From assembly GCA_001782805.1 (NCBI GenBank), contig MFPT01000003.1, positions 44,072-108,071 of the forward strand: a stretch of DNA of 64,000 nucleotides, written 5' to 3'. A model generated the notes under the pieces. The model worked only from the letters and a program-made list of their open reading frames with translations, did no database searches and was not told where the DNA came from. Positions 48,803-59,636 of this stretch are shown here, in pieces. The translations under genes were made by a program, and so were the position numbers. This DNA comes from Candidatus Magasanikbacteria bacterium RIFCSPHIGHO2_01_FULL_41_23. GTDB taxonomy: Bacteria; Patescibacteriota; Patescibacteriia; Magasanikbacterales; UBA922. Each line of letters opens with the position of its first letter. The first letter of the stretch is position 1.

Positions 48803-50878
48803 ATGCCCCGAGATTATTCTTTAGAAAAAACCCGAAATATCGGCATCATGGCGCACATTGATGCCGGCAAAACCACGACAACGGAACGTGTTCTGTTTTA
48901 TACCGGCCGCAAACATAAAATCGGTGAAGTGCACGAAGGCGCGGCCGAAATGGATTGGATGGAACAAGAAAAGGAACGAGGTATTACCATTACGAGCGCG
49001 GCCACCACTTGTTTTTGGAAAGATCATCGCATTAATATTATTGATACGCCGGGCCATGTGGATTTTACGGTTGAAGTGGAGCGTAGTTTGCGCGTGTTGG
49101 ATGGAGCAGTGGCTTTATTTGACGGTTCACAAGGCGTGGAACCGCAATCGGAAACCGTCTGGCGTCAAGCGGACAAATATCGTGTGCCCCGCATTTGTTT
49201 TGTTAATAAAATGGATAAAATCGGCGCGGATTTTTACATGAGTTTAAAATCAATTAAAGATCGTTTGGCCAAAAAAGCTTGTGCTATCCAATTGCCGATT
49301 GGTCAAGAATCAACCTTTTCCGCGATTATTGATTTAATTGAACAAAAAGCCTTTAAATTTGACGGTGATCATGGCATGAATATTACTACTTTTGACATTC
49401 CGGCGGATATGCTGGATTTGGTAAAAGAACATCGCGCTGAACTTTTGGAAAAAGTCGCGGAAGCTAACGATGATTTAATGAATAAATTTTTGAATGGTGA
49501 AGAATTTACGATTGAAGAAATTCGCGGCGCGATTCGTACTTTGGTTTTGCGCGATGAAATGTATCCGGTGATGTGTGGCTCGGCTTTGGGTAACAAAGGT
49601 GTTCAATTAATGTTGGACGCGGTTACATATTATTTGCCTTCGCCATCGGACGTTCCCACAACGTTTGGCACTGATCCGCAGGATGAAGAAAATAAAGTGG
49701 AAATTCATCCGGTGGATGATGAACCATTTGTGGGTTTGGCATTTAAAATCGCCACCGATCCATTTGTGGGAAAATTGATTTTTTTTCGCGTTTATTCCGG
49801 TAAATTATCCGCCGGAACTTATGTGGTCAATACTCGTACCGGTTCCAAAGAACGCATCAGTCGTATTGTGCGGATGCATGCGAACGCGCGCGAAGATGTG
49901 AGCGAAGTTTTTGCCGGTGAAATCGCGGCCGCGATTGGTCTTAAAAATACTATTACGGGCGATACGATTTGCGATGAGAAACGTGAAGTTTTATTGGAAA
50001 ATATTACATTTCCCGAGCCGGTTATTCATATTGCGATTGAACCCAAAACCAAAGGCGATCAAGAAAGAATGGGAATGGCCATGCAAAAATTGGCCGAAGA
50101 AGATCCGACTTTCCGAATTCACACAGACGAAGAAACTTTGCAAACCATTATTTCCGGAATGGGTGAACTGCATTTGGAAATTATTGTGGATCGCATGAAG
50201 CGTGAATTTAATGTGGAGGCCAATGTTGGCGCTCCGCAAGTCGCGTACAAAGAAACCATTCGCCAGAGCGCGGAAGCCGAAGGAAAATATATTAAACAAT
50301 CGGGTGGCCGTGGTCAATATGGTCATTGTTGGTTGCGCATTGAACCACTGGAAGAAGGTAAAGGTTTTGAATTTGTGGATGAAATTAAAGGCGGTCTGAT
50401 TCCGCGCGAATATATTGCCCCGATTGAAAAGGGTGTGAAAGAAGCGGTCAGTAAGGGCGTTGTCGCCGGCTATCCTCTGGTTGATGTTAAAGCCACTGTA
50501 TTTGATGGCAGTTATCACGAAGTTGACTCCAGTGAAATCGCGTTTAAAATGGCGGGAAACATTGCGTTTCAAGAAGCGGCCAAAAAAGCGCGGCCGGTTA
50601 TTTTGGAACCAATGATGGCTGTGGAAGTTATTACTCCGGAAGAATATATGGGTGATGTAATTGGGGACTTGTCTGCCAAACGCGGTCAAATTCAAGAAAT
50701 GACTGATCGAGGTCAATCAAAAATCGTCAAAGCCATGGTTCCACTTTCCAGTATGTTTGGTTATGCCACTGCTTTGCGTTCTATGTCGCAAGGTCGCGCC
50801 AGTTATACCATGGAATTTCATCATTATTCCGAATGTCCCAAAAATATTGAAGCGGAGATTGTGGCGGGTAAAAAATAA
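48803..50878 (+). CDS. fusA: Elongation factor G
   Basis: 691 aa with G motifs '[10 protein letters not shown]' and 'DTPGHVDF'. Confidence 0.93.
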   Translation: MPRDYSLEKTRNIGIMAHIDAGKTTTTERVLFYTGRKHKIGEVHEGAAEMDWMEQEKERGITITSAATTCFWKDHRINIIDTPGHVDFTVEVERSLRVLDGAVALFDGSQGVEPQSETVWRQADKYRVPRICFVNKMDKIGADFYMSLKSIKDRLAKKACAIQLPIGQESTFSAIIDLIEQKAFKFDGDHGMNITTFDIPADMLDLVKEHRAELLEKVAEANDDLMNKFLNGEEFTIEEIRGAIRTLVLRDEMYPVMCGSALGNKGVQLMLDAVTYYLPSPSDVPTTFGTDPQDEENKVEIHPVDDEPFVGLAFKIATDPFVGKLIFFRVYSGKLSAGTYVVNTRTGSKERISRIVRMHANAREDVSEVFAGEIAAAIGLKNTITGDTICDEKREVLLENITFPEPVIHIAIEPKTKGDQERMGMAMQKLAEEDPTFRIHTDEETLQTIISGMGELHLEIIVDRMKREFNVEANVGAPQVAYKETIRQSAEAEGKYIKQSGGRGQYGHCWLRIEPLEEGKGFEFVDEIKGGLIPREYIAPIEKGVKEAVSKGVVAGYPLVDVKATVFDGSYHEVDSSEIAFKMAGNIAFQEAAKKARPVILEPMMAVEVITPEEYMGDVIGDLSAKRGQIQEMTDRGQSKIVKAMVPLSSMFGYATALRSMSQGRASYTMEFHHYSECPKNIEAEIVAGKK

Positions 50879-50894
50879 TTCTAGTTTTGATTTT

Positions 50895-50925
50895 AAAAAC
50901 TCTGCTCATAAAGCAGGGTTTTTTG
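50895..50925 (+). terminator. Terminator after fusA
   Basis: Hairpin 'ctctgc-tcataaa-gcaggg' followed by TTTTTT. Confidence 0.45.
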
Positions 50926-51018
50926 TTCACACTAATAATTTGCTTAATTTAATTGTCGTGATATACTTTTTTTACGCGATTTTTCTTTAATTTTTTTATT
51001 TATCTTTTAATCTTTAAT

Positions 51019-52881
51019 ATGAATATGCCGAATTTTAAAAAAATCAGCAAAAAATTTATCCACTGTTCTGTCGTGATTTCAACGATAGTCTGGTCTCTTG
51101 GTTTGGTCGTTCTGCCAATTTCCGTTTCAGCGGCTGTTGTTTGTCCTAATTTAGGTTCAGGAAGAATCGTTAAATTCGGTGCCAAAGGCCAAATATCCAT
51201 TATCAGTGACTCGTATCGTTGGGAATTTACCAGCAAAGCCGCATTTGCCACATGGTCAACGGCCGCGGTCAAAACCATCAATGTCGCCTGCGCGGAAAAA
51301 TATCCCAAAGCCGGTGTTGTGGGATATCGTCCCGGATCAGTTCTTCTGAAACCGGTTGATCAGCCCGGAGTTTTTGCTGTTGGGCCAAACAACATGGTGT
51401 ATAATTTACCGAATACTGACATCGCCAAAGCTCTTTATGGGGCTAATTGGAAAAAATTAATTAAAAATTCTGCGCTAACGGAATTTGATTTGTTTACTGA
51501 AGGTGATGATTTAACCGGTTTACAATTGCATGATGGCATGTTGGTAAAAGAAAAAAATGATAAGTTTGTCCATTATGTTTGGGATGGAAAATTAAGATAT
51601 GTGAAAGGTAATTTGCCGGCTATTCTGCGTAAGAATGTTCGGATCGTTTCCGCTGAATTATTTGATTCAGTGGAAGTTGGCGATAGTATAAAAGTCGCGG
51701 ATATACTGAATATTCCCATTCCGCAAACTATCATTGGTCCGTCGATTGAACCAATTAAAGAAATTACCGATACAATTAAGGATACTGTCAAAACTGATAC
51801 CACTAAAACCACTGACAGTAACTCGGTGACAAAAGATGGTTTGGTTTATCAAGATGCAAATTATACTGGAACTTTTCCCGCTCCGGAAGGCGTAGTTGTG
51901 AAAGGTTATTATGGCAAAGATGAATATCAAGAACCAGCCGGATCAGGAGCTTATCGTTTTAATATTTTAACCAACGCGAAACGAGAATTGGTTTGTTTGG
52001 ATAAAACTAGGACTGTACAAGGAAGCAAAGGTTCAAGTTGGGAATCCGGTTATGCCTATGGTCGGGTGCGCGGAGAACAAGAATCCAAATTAATTATTCC
52101 GTATTTTGACGATACACCAATCAATGTCTCTGGTGATGTCAATTATTTTGCGGAAGGCTATCGTCAAGGTTATTTTGAATCATTCAATGGTCAGAGAGCG
52201 GTATTTTATTATGATTGCGATGAATTCAAAAAACTTGATTTGAGTAAATATGACACAGACGGCTGGTATCAGAACACTGAATTATCCGGAGCGTCTAGTG
52301 TTAAAGCTGTGTATTTGCCGATGCGTGGTGTCCAATATAAAAAAGATCCGACTAATCCCAAAAGTCTTTTGAGTAGTAAAAATGTGAATACTTGGAGTGT
52401 GCCAATCGGAGAAAGAGGTTTTGAAAAAAGTGTTCATAATACGGGCAAAGCTCCTTTGAATTTTTCGCGCATTGATTTGTATGAGTCGGATTTTGACGCG
52501 ACCGAAGCAATTATGCCACTGGAAGGCGCGAAAGGTATGACTGAAGCCGTGGCCAATTTGTATCAGAATTTTTTCAAGACCGATTTCACTCTGAAAACAA
52601 ATTGTTCTCTGACTGCGTCAAATATCAGTTATCAGACCTATGGTGGTAATCGTTTTGGCTTGGTAACTTTTGTATCCATGTGTAAAGTCGGGACAAATAC
52701 CAAAGTTTGGAAAAATCATGCGTTTGCCATTACTCAAGTTCCTGCAAAGACATGGCTGATTACTTCGTTTGTTAATAATGAAAATGTTAAAGCTAAAGAT
52801 ACGGACGAGCTTGATTTAGGAAGAGCGCAAATGAGTTCGGAATTTATTGGTCAATTCTTGGGTAAAATTCAACTCAAATAA
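51019..52881 (+). CDS. Secreted/anchored hypothetical protein (620 aa)
   Basis: An N-terminal signal/TM followed by a large hydrophilic domain. No family recognised. Confidence 0.55.
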   Translation: MNMPNFKKISKKFIHCSVVISTIVWSLGLVVLPISVSAAVVCPNLGSGRIVKFGAKGQISIISDSYRWEFTSKAAFATWSTAAVKTINVACAEKYPKAGVVGYRPGSVLLKPVDQPGVFAVGPNNMVYNLPNTDIAKALYGANWKKLIKNSALTEFDLFTEGDDLTGLQLHDGMLVKEKNDKFVHYVWDGKLRYVKGNLPAILRKNVRIVSAELFDSVEVGDSIKVADILNIPIPQTIIGPSIEPIKEITDTIKDTVKTDTTKTTDSNSVTKDGLVYQDANYTGTFPAPEGVVVKGYYGKDEYQEPAGSGAYRFNILTNAKRELVCLDKTRTVQGSKGSSWESGYAYGRVRGEQESKLIIPYFDDTPINVSGDVNYFAEGYRQGYFESFNGQRAVFYYDCDEFKKLDLSKYDTDGWYQNTELSGASSVKAVYLPMRGVQYKKDPTNPKSLLSSKNVNTWSVPIGERGFEKSVHNTGKAPLNFSRIDLYESDFDATEAIMPLEGAKGMTEAVANLYQNFFKTDFTLKTNCSLTASNISYQTYGGNRFGLVTFVSMCKVGTNTKVWKNHAFAITQVPAKTWLITSFVNNENVKAKDTDELDLGRAQMSSEFIGQFLGKIQLK

Positions 52882-52898
52882 ACTTAATGTATCTTTTC

Positions 52899-53458
52899 AT
52901 ATGCCATTTTTTCTTCCCGTTGATTTTGAATCAGCTTTGCCGGAAAATATAAATGGTCGTTTGTCTGATGACCAATTAAAGGCCATTGAATTGATGTTGC
53001 GTGCACGGAAAATAACCGGCTATATTTTATTTTTTTGTGAATTGTTTCAAGTGGCGATTGCCGGTCCGGCATTTTTATTCAGTGAGTGGGGACCGACTCA
53101 AAGAGGATTACAGGCAATGATTGGAATTTACGCGTTCATTAGTTTTGCGGCCATGATTTGGGGATTGGTAATCATTAAAAAAGCCTCGGCCGCCAAACTT
53201 ATCTTGGGTTCAATTAAGGTAACATTGGTAACGGGCACGCCCACAAAATATAATTACACGACAACGTATCGTTCTATGGGAGGCGCGACGCATTTGGCTA
53301 CTTTAAAAGGAGGCTGGCTTAGTATTGCCGGAGTCAGTTACGGAGTTTTGCCCGGAGAATTATACAGCTCAATTCCACCGAATGAGGAAAGTGATTTTTA
53401 TTATATCACTTTACCCATGACCGGATTTAAAAAATATTTAGTGGTTAACTTCTTTTAG
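52899..53458 (+). CDS. Hypothetical membrane protein. The probable start is the ATG at 52899; the track's longer version from 52847 overlaps the upstream gene.
   Basis: Two or three TM helices. Confidence 0.4.
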
Positions 53459-53466
53459 AGGTTGCT

Positions 53467-54207
53467 TTGGCTCATTTTTACATCATGAAGTTTAACGTCA
53501 TTACTATTTTTCCGGATCTCATTAAAAATTATACGGATGAGAGTATTTTGGGTCGCGCGCAGAAAAATAAAATAATTAAAGTGCGGGCAATCAATTTACG
53601 GGATTTTACCGTTGATCGCCATCATACGATTGATGATACGCCGTATGGCGGAGGAGCAGGAATGGTAATGAAACCCGAACCATTATATAAGACGCTCAAA
53701 AGTTTAGACGCGATTCCTTTTGCTAAGGCTGGTGGACTAACAAAAATTAAAAAATTATTTGGAGTCTTAGTTGGCAACTCTTCGACTTCGTTCAGAACAA
53801 GAAAACGAACGATTTTATTATCACCGCGCGGACGTCAATTTACTCAATCAATGGCTGAATCATTAAGCATATTAGACGAAATTACTTTTGTGTGCGGCCG
53901 TTATGAAGGAGTTGATGAGCGAGTTGTCGAATACATGGTGGATGAAGAAATTTCCCTTGGCCAGTATGTTTTGGCCGGCGGAGAATTGGGAGCCTTAGTA
54001 ATTATTGAAGCCATTGCACGGTTATTGCCCGGAGTATTGGGTAATCCCGAATCATTAACTGAAGAAACCCTTGGTGATGACGCGGAATATCCGCAATACA
54101 CCAAGCCAGCGGATTTTAGAGGTTGGAAAGTACCGGAAATTTTACTGTCCGGTGATCATAAAAAAATTGACGAGTGGCGCAAATCATTGCGAAAGAAAAT
54201 ACAATAA
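53467..54207 (+). CDS. trmD: tRNA (guanine37-N1)-methyltransferase
   Basis: 'MKFNVITIFPDL', 'YGGGAGMVMKPEPL', and the SPOUT C-terminal half. A ~35-aa insertion sits between the conserved blocks. Confidence 0.85.
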   Translation: MAHFYIMKFNVITIFPDLIKNYTDESILGRAQKNKIIKVRAINLRDFTVDRHHTIDDTPYGGGAGMVMKPEPLYKTLKSLDAIPFAKAGGLTKIKKLFGVLVGNSSTSFRTRKRTILLSPRGRQFTQSMAESLSILDEITFVCGRYEGVDERVVEYMVDEEISLGQYVLAGGELGALVIIEAIARLLPGVLGNPESLTEETLGDDAEYPQYTKPADFRGWKVPEILLSGDHKKIDEWRKSLRKKIQ

Positions 54208-54238
54208 GTTATCCCCAGTTTGCTCATTATCTAATCTA

Positions 54239-54267
54239 TTGACAGCTTATCTTTCAACAGATACAAT
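54239..54267 (+). promoter_or_regulatory. Sigma70-like promoter (TTGACA-17-TACAAT) ~320 nt upstream of the 16S gene
   Basis: Consensus spacing. Downstream of it there are ATTGCAAT direct repeats. Confidence 0.35.
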
Positions 54268-54905
54268 GGCCAAGCACTTAAATTCCCTACAAATTAGCTT
54301 GCTTTAAGTCCAGAAAAGGATGTAGTCCCGACAAAAGTCGGGATGTCGCCTCCGGCTCCAGATACTGAGGTAAAAAGAGTAACCTCCGCGGTTCTCTTTT
54401 TCATTATTAAGGGTTTGAGTTTGTCCATTACAATTTACACAACAATTGCAATCTGCAACAAATTGCAATTACGATAAGGTTCACATTATAAATGTGACAA
54501 GAAACAATAATCGTCTATCCAAAATCAAGATCAACTCCTTTCTGATTTATCAGAGAGGGTTACTCCAATAATCCTTCGGGATTTATTTGAGAGTTTGATC
54601 CTGGCTCAGGACGAATGTTGGCGGCGTGTATAAGGCATGCAAGTCGAGGGATCGATCGTAGCAATACGATACGGACCGGCAGACGGGAGAGTAACACATT
54701 GGTAACCTACCTCTAAGACGGGGATAGCCTTCCGAAAGGAAGATTAATACCCGATAGTAACGCGGGGACACAAGTCATTCGCGTTTAAAGATTTTTCGCT
54801 TAGAGCAGGGCCTATGGTCTATCAGCTAGTTGGTGAGGTAATGGCTCACCAAGGCGACGACGGATAGGGGACGTGAGAGCGTGATCCCCCTCACTGGGAC
54901 TGAGA

Positions 54906-54936
<31 letters not shown>

Positions 54937-55330
54937 AGGAATCTTCCGCAATGGACGAAAGTCTGACGGAGCGACGCCGCGTGCAGGATGAAGCCCTTTG
55001 GGGTGTAAACTGCTTTTATAGGGGACGAATTTGTGACGGTACCCTATGAATAAGAGGTTGCTAACTCTGTGCCAGCAGCAGCGGTAATACAGAGACCTCA
55101 AACATTGTCCGGATTCATTGGGCGTAAAGCGTCCGCAGGTTGCCATATAAGTTAGGGGTTAAATCTTCCGACCTAATCGGAAAACCGCTTCTAATACTGT
55201 ATGGCTCGAGGTTGGGAGAGGCATATGGAACTGCCGGTGTAGTAGTAAAATGCGTTGATATCGGCAGGAACACCAAAGGCGAAGGCAATATGCTGGAACA
55301 ACTCTGACACTCAGGGACGAAAGCGTGGGG

Positions 55331-55361
<31 letters not shown>

Positions 55362-55440
55362 CGCCCTAAACTATGTGTGCTAGGTATTGGGAGTATCGAC
55401 CCTCTCAGTGCCGTTTAAAAAAGCTAACGCGTTAAGCACA

Positions 55441-55482
<42 letters not shown>

Positions 55483-55946
55483 AGACGGGGACCCGCACAA
55501 GTGGAGGATCATGCGGTTTAATTCGATGGTACGCGACGAACCTTACCGGGGCTCAACTACTAGCTGCAAGCCTGATGAAAGTCGGGCCGCTTTTGAAGGT
55601 GCTAGATAGGTGCTGCATGGTTGCCGTCAGCTCGTGCCGTGAGGTGTACCCTTAAGTGGGGTAACGAGCGCAACCCTCGTTCTGTGTTAAATTTACACAG
55701 AGGACTGCCTGCGCAAGCAGGAGGAAGGTGAGGACGACGTCAAATCAGCATGGCTCTTACGTCCCGGGCTACACGCATGATACAATGGTTAGTACAGAGG
55801 GAAGCTAAGCCGCAAGGTGGAGCTAATCCCAGAAAGCTAATCTCAGTTCGGATTGTGGGCTGCAACTCGCCCACATGAAGCTGGATTCACTAGTAAACGC
55901 GCATCAGCCACGGCGCGTTGAATACGTTCTCGGGTCTTGTACTCAC

Positions 55947-56811
55947 AATAAAAGCGCTGGGCAGTTTAATAATCTAGAGAGTTAAAATCTCTCCCTCTAC
56001 AACGTCTGTAGAGCGTAGCCGAAAGATAGTCGTCTTCCGCGAGGGAGGCGGTGAAGGATCTGAAGGCAAATCACAGTCCAATCATAAAAAAACCGTATTG
56101 ACCTTTGAATCGGCGGTGAGCAAAGGGAAAATACACTTACACAGGTTTGATTGGAATGCGAGGAATAGAATATTAAATAACCCCAGGAGATCTTATGCCG
56201 TTTTGATTATTATGATAGTATAATCAAATAATGTAACTTACACGGCATAAGAAGTCAGCTGAATCGTAGTAGTGTCGACTAGTCGACATGAAGGATTCTC
56301 TCGAATCATATGGAAAAAATAAATCCAAATTATATCGTTGGTCTAACGGACGGGGAAGGAAGTTTTACAGCTTATGTAAAAAATCCGGATATGTCCAAAG
56401 AGGTCAAGCGAAGAACAAAAGTTGAGCCAAGGTTTTATATCAAACTCATTGAGAAAGATAAAAAAATTCTCTATGAATTGAAAAAATTCTTTGGCTGTGG
56501 CAATGTTTATTTTCAAAAAGATAAACGAGCCAATCATCAAGATTGTTATCGCTATGAAGTCGCCAATAGAAATGATTTGCAGAAAATAATTATTCCATTT
56601 TTCAAAAGTAACTCTTTGAGATTACGCTCAAAGAGCCGTGACTTTGAATTTTTTTGCCGGATTATGGAGATGGTCATGAGAAATGACCACCTGAAAGACA
56701 TAGGCCTCAGGAAAATCTTTAATCTCAAGCAAAAAATGCATTAGAGCTCGTCGTGTGCGGGAAATCCGCAGGCACGATGGGAACATCAATTCTAAGTTTC
56801 TAGAATATAAT
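55947..56811 (+). other. Intron inside the 16S gene (probably group I), encoding a LAGLIDADG homing endonuclease. Boundaries are approximate.
   Basis: The universally conserved 1390-1400 region is interrupted. The contained ORF has a LAGLIDADG motif. Confidence 0.6.
56310..56744 (+). CDS. LAGLIDADG-family homing endonuclease (intron-encoded)
   Basis: 'YIVGLTDGEGSF' is the LAGLIDADG motif. The gene is 144 aa and lies within the 16S intron. Confidence 0.8.
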   Translation: MEKINPNYIVGLTDGEGSFTAYVKNPDMSKEVKRRTKVEPRFYIKLIEKDKKILYELKKFFGCGNVYFQKDKRANHQDCYRYEVANRNDLQKIIIPFFKSNSLRLRSKSRDFEFFCRIMEMVMRNDHLKDIGLRKIFNLKQKMH

Positions 56812-57154
56812 CGCCCGTCACACCACGAAAGTTGGCAATGCCCAAAGGCTCCCGCAAGGGGGACGAAGGCAGGGTCAATGATCAGGGTGAAGTCGTAACA
56901 AGGCATCCCTAGCGGAAGCTGGGGATGGATCACCTCCTTTCTGGAGTTAATTCCGAGGAATCGGAATAATTTCAACTACAGATGATTATCTTCTTGTCAC
57001 ATTTATAGAGTGAACTTATCGCAAAAAAAATCCCTCGTTGGAAAAACCAAGGGATTTTTTTATTTACAAAAATAAAAATTTAAAAAATTTGACAAACACA
57101 AACGGGGGGGGGGTATTATTACTGGGAATTTAATTCAGTAATAATTAATTTTAT

Positions 57155-57781
57155 ATGGGTGAAGGAATTTCACGAGGAATACAGCCGGGTACAGCAGAGT
57201 ATGATGAGGTTAAGAGGAAATTAAATCAAGGAGGATTCCAGAAAGGTGCTGAGCGTGATGATAATGATGCTGCGGTATTTGTTGGAACCAGAGAAGAAGC
57301 GGCTATACATCGTCTTAGATTAGAATCAGAGGGAGCGCCATTTGCGGATTTGCGTTCGTATATCTCGGTAAATTCTTTTGTTGCGGCTGGGGCGGAAGAG
57401 ATAAGAGAAGCTTTTTCTTTGGATGGGAATAATAATTTATCTGAAAGTTTTGAAAAGTATCCGCCTGGTTTATTCAAGTTTATTCATAATAAGCCAGATT
57501 TTACTATTCTTTTTAAGTCTAAAGATGGTTCTTTGAAAGAATGCACAATAGATATGAAACGTATCAGTGATATGGGTGATCCTGCGGCATCAGCAGTGGC
57601 TACTGGCCATGCTACTGATAATCCATCTGATATTACTATACGTTCTTTGTCTAATATTGGTTTTACTTTTTTTAATAGTATTCCAGGTACAAATCTTAGT
57701 GGTTGTTATGAAATAGTTTTACAACAACGCGCAAAGAAATTAGCTGCTGAAAAATCATCAGGCGCAGGATTTGAGTTTTGA
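57155..57781 (+). CDS. Hypothetical protein (208 aa)
   Basis: Clean ORF with an upstream TTGACA-18-TATTAT promoter-like element and a downstream hairpin with a T-run (57811-57870). Confidence 0.45.
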   Translation: MGEGISRGIQPGTAEYDEVKRKLNQGGFQKGAERDDNDAAVFVGTREEAAIHRLRLESEGAPFADLRSYISVNSFVAAGAEEIREAFSLDGNNNLSESFEKYPPGLFKFIHNKPDFTILFKSKDGSLKECTIDMKRISDMGDPAASAVATGHATDNPSDITIRSLSNIGFTFFNSIPGTNLSGCYEIVLQQRAKKLAAEKSSGAGFEF

Positions 57782-57960
57782 GTTAATACGTATTCAGATT
57801 GAAACTTCCTCCTCGACTCTCCCCAGTGTTTATGCCGAGTCTGTCGAGGTGGAGTTTTTTGTATAAAATCCTTGACACGTTAATAAATTACAATCAACAA
57901 ATTTTTGATATACTAAAAATGCTAGGGATGCCATGATTCTTATTTTTGAATTGAATTTTT

Positions 57961-58803
57961 ATGAATGCAAATTTTTTGGATACAACAAAAGTTGCCCTGT
58001 TTAAAGGCAAACAAATTCGGAAGACCATATATAACAATGAGTGGTGGTTTTCGGTCGTGGACGTTTGCGCCATTCTCACCGAAAGCCCTGATCCGGGTGC
58101 TTACTGGAGAAAGTTTAAAGAAAGACTCATAGGAGAAGGAAGCGAAGTCGTGACATTTTGTCACGGGTTGAAATTGGAGGCTCCAGACGGCAAAATGCGA
58201 GAGACTGATTGTGCTGATGTTGAAGGTATTTTTCGTATCATTCAATCTGTCCCTTCTCCCAAAGCCGAGCCTTTCAAACGTTGGCTCGCCAAAGTCGGAT
58301 TTGAACGAATCCAGGAAATAGAAAATCCAGAGTTAGCTACTAAGCGAACGCGGGTACTTTACAAACTTAAAGGCTACAATGACGACTGGATTGAAAAACG
58401 AATGCGCGGAATCGTGATCCGTGAAGAATTAACGGACGAATGGAAAAAACGTGGTGCTGATGAACGCAGAGATTATGAAATTTTGACCGCGGAAATTTCC
58501 AAAGCAACTTTTGGCGTAACTCCGAGCGAATACAAAGAATTGAAAGGAATTGAACGAGAAAATTTGCGTGATCACATGGATGACTTTGAATTAATTTTCA
58601 ATATGCTCGGTGAGCGGGCAACGACCGAAATTCATCGGGTAGAAGATTCGCAGGGCGTACCAAAACTACAAACTGATGCGAAGGCTGGTGGAGATATTGC
58701 CGGTGGAGCAAGAAAGAATTTGGAAAAACGTCTAGGTCGATCCGTGGTTACAAACAAAAATTTTTTATCCAAGCCGGAAAGTGCAAAACGGATTGAGAAA
58801 TAA
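57961..58803 (+). CDS. Bro-N domain protein (DinD / prophage antirepressor-like)
   Basis: The N-terminus 'FKGKQIRKTIYNNEWWFSVVDVCAILTES...AYW' matches the Bro-N fold. Total length 280 aa, like DinD. Confidence 0.65.
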   Translation: MNANFLDTTKVALFKGKQIRKTIYNNEWWFSVVDVCAILTESPDPGAYWRKFKERLIGEGSEVVTFCHGLKLEAPDGKMRETDCADVEGIFRIIQSVPSPKAEPFKRWLAKVGFERIQEIENPELATKRTRVLYKLKGYNDDWIEKRMRGIVIREELTDEWKKRGADERRDYEILTAEISKATFGVTPSEYKELKGIERENLRDHMDDFELIFNMLGERATTEIHRVEDSQGVPKLQTDAKAGGDIAGGARKNLEKRLGRSVVTNKNFLSKPESAKRIEK

Positions 58804-58892
58804 TATATAAGAATGCCATTTTTTGCTTTATTATCCCCACCTTGACGATTGACTGAAAATTGTCGTAGTATACATCCACCAAGTATTTTTAT

Positions 58893-59435
58893 ATGAATGA
58901 AAATTTTGAACGTGTTCTCAATCTAGCGCAGAAAACCAATAGTCGGTTGATTGTTTTTGATCGTACAGCTGGCAAACATCTGGTAGTTATGGGGATTGAT
59001 GAATTTGAATCGTTGGTCACTGAGCCGGAAAAAAAGGAAAATATACCCAATGATAACGATGCTGACAAAGATCATGAATTGATCCAAAAATTAAATCAAG
59101 AAATTGCCGAATGGCGAAATAAAGCGCAAAAAAAAGAGGCGGAAAATGTTATTCATGATTTTAATGATTTGCCTGAAGAAATTTTAGAAGAACCAAAGTC
59201 AACTACGGAAAAAGAAGCGGTGGAAAAAGAAATATCAGAACCGCTTAATTCGCCAGCGGCATCGCTACTCCCTGCGGCATCATCGTCATGGCATAAATTT
59301 GGCGATGTCATGGCTCGTTATCAGCCCGCTCCCAAAATGCCGGAAATTCGATATGAGCCGGCCGAAACTCCACAAGCCGAGAAAACCGAATCTCTGGATG
59401 ATGAACCGATTTTTTTTGAAGAGCCAGTGGAGTAA
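58893..59435 (+). CDS. Hypothetical acidic protein (180 aa)
   Basis: Clean ORF rich in E/D/K. No recognisable family. Confidence 0.45.
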   Translation: MNENFERVLNLAQKTNSRLIVFDRTAGKHLVVMGIDEFESLVTEPEKKENIPNDNDADKDHELIQKLNQEIAEWRNKAQKKEAENVIHDFNDLPEEILEEPKSTTEKEAVEKEISEPLNSPAASLLPAASSSWHKFGDVMARYQPAPKMPEIRYEPAETPQAEKTESLDDEPIFFEEPVE

Positions 59436-59464
59436 ACTATCCCCAATTAAATAAACTTGTGCTC

Positions 59465-59493
59465 TTGACGGAAAAAAAGAGTTCCATTATAAT
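59465..59493 (+). promoter_or_regulatory. Strong sigma70-like promoter (TTGACG-17-TATAAT) upstream of tuf
   Basis: Near-consensus hexamers with a 17-nt spacer, ~145 nt upstream of the tuf start. Confidence 0.45.
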
Positions 59494-59636
59494 CAAGGAC
59501 GCTGTTAAGATAAAAAATATGTGGCTTATTTAAAGGTTTTTCACCTTTTTTAGTCTCTGATTATTTAATTAAAACAATATCGCTGGTTGACAAAACTTCA
59601 TCGGGTCACCTCGATGAGTGCGATAGGTATAATCGT

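Noticed and set aside
49991-50716. 241-aa minus-strand ORF inside fusA, and similar antisense ORFs inside tgt (35256-35786), gpmI-2 (8740-9282) and valS
   Set aside because: They sit antisense to strongly supported conserved genes, so they are shadow ORFs.
56942-57150. 23S/5S rRNA or spacer tRNAs downstream of 16S
   Set aside because: No tRNA-Ile/Ala and no 23S 5' signature (GGATGCCTTGGC) follow the 16S. The next feature is a protein gene, so the rRNA genes are unlinked here.
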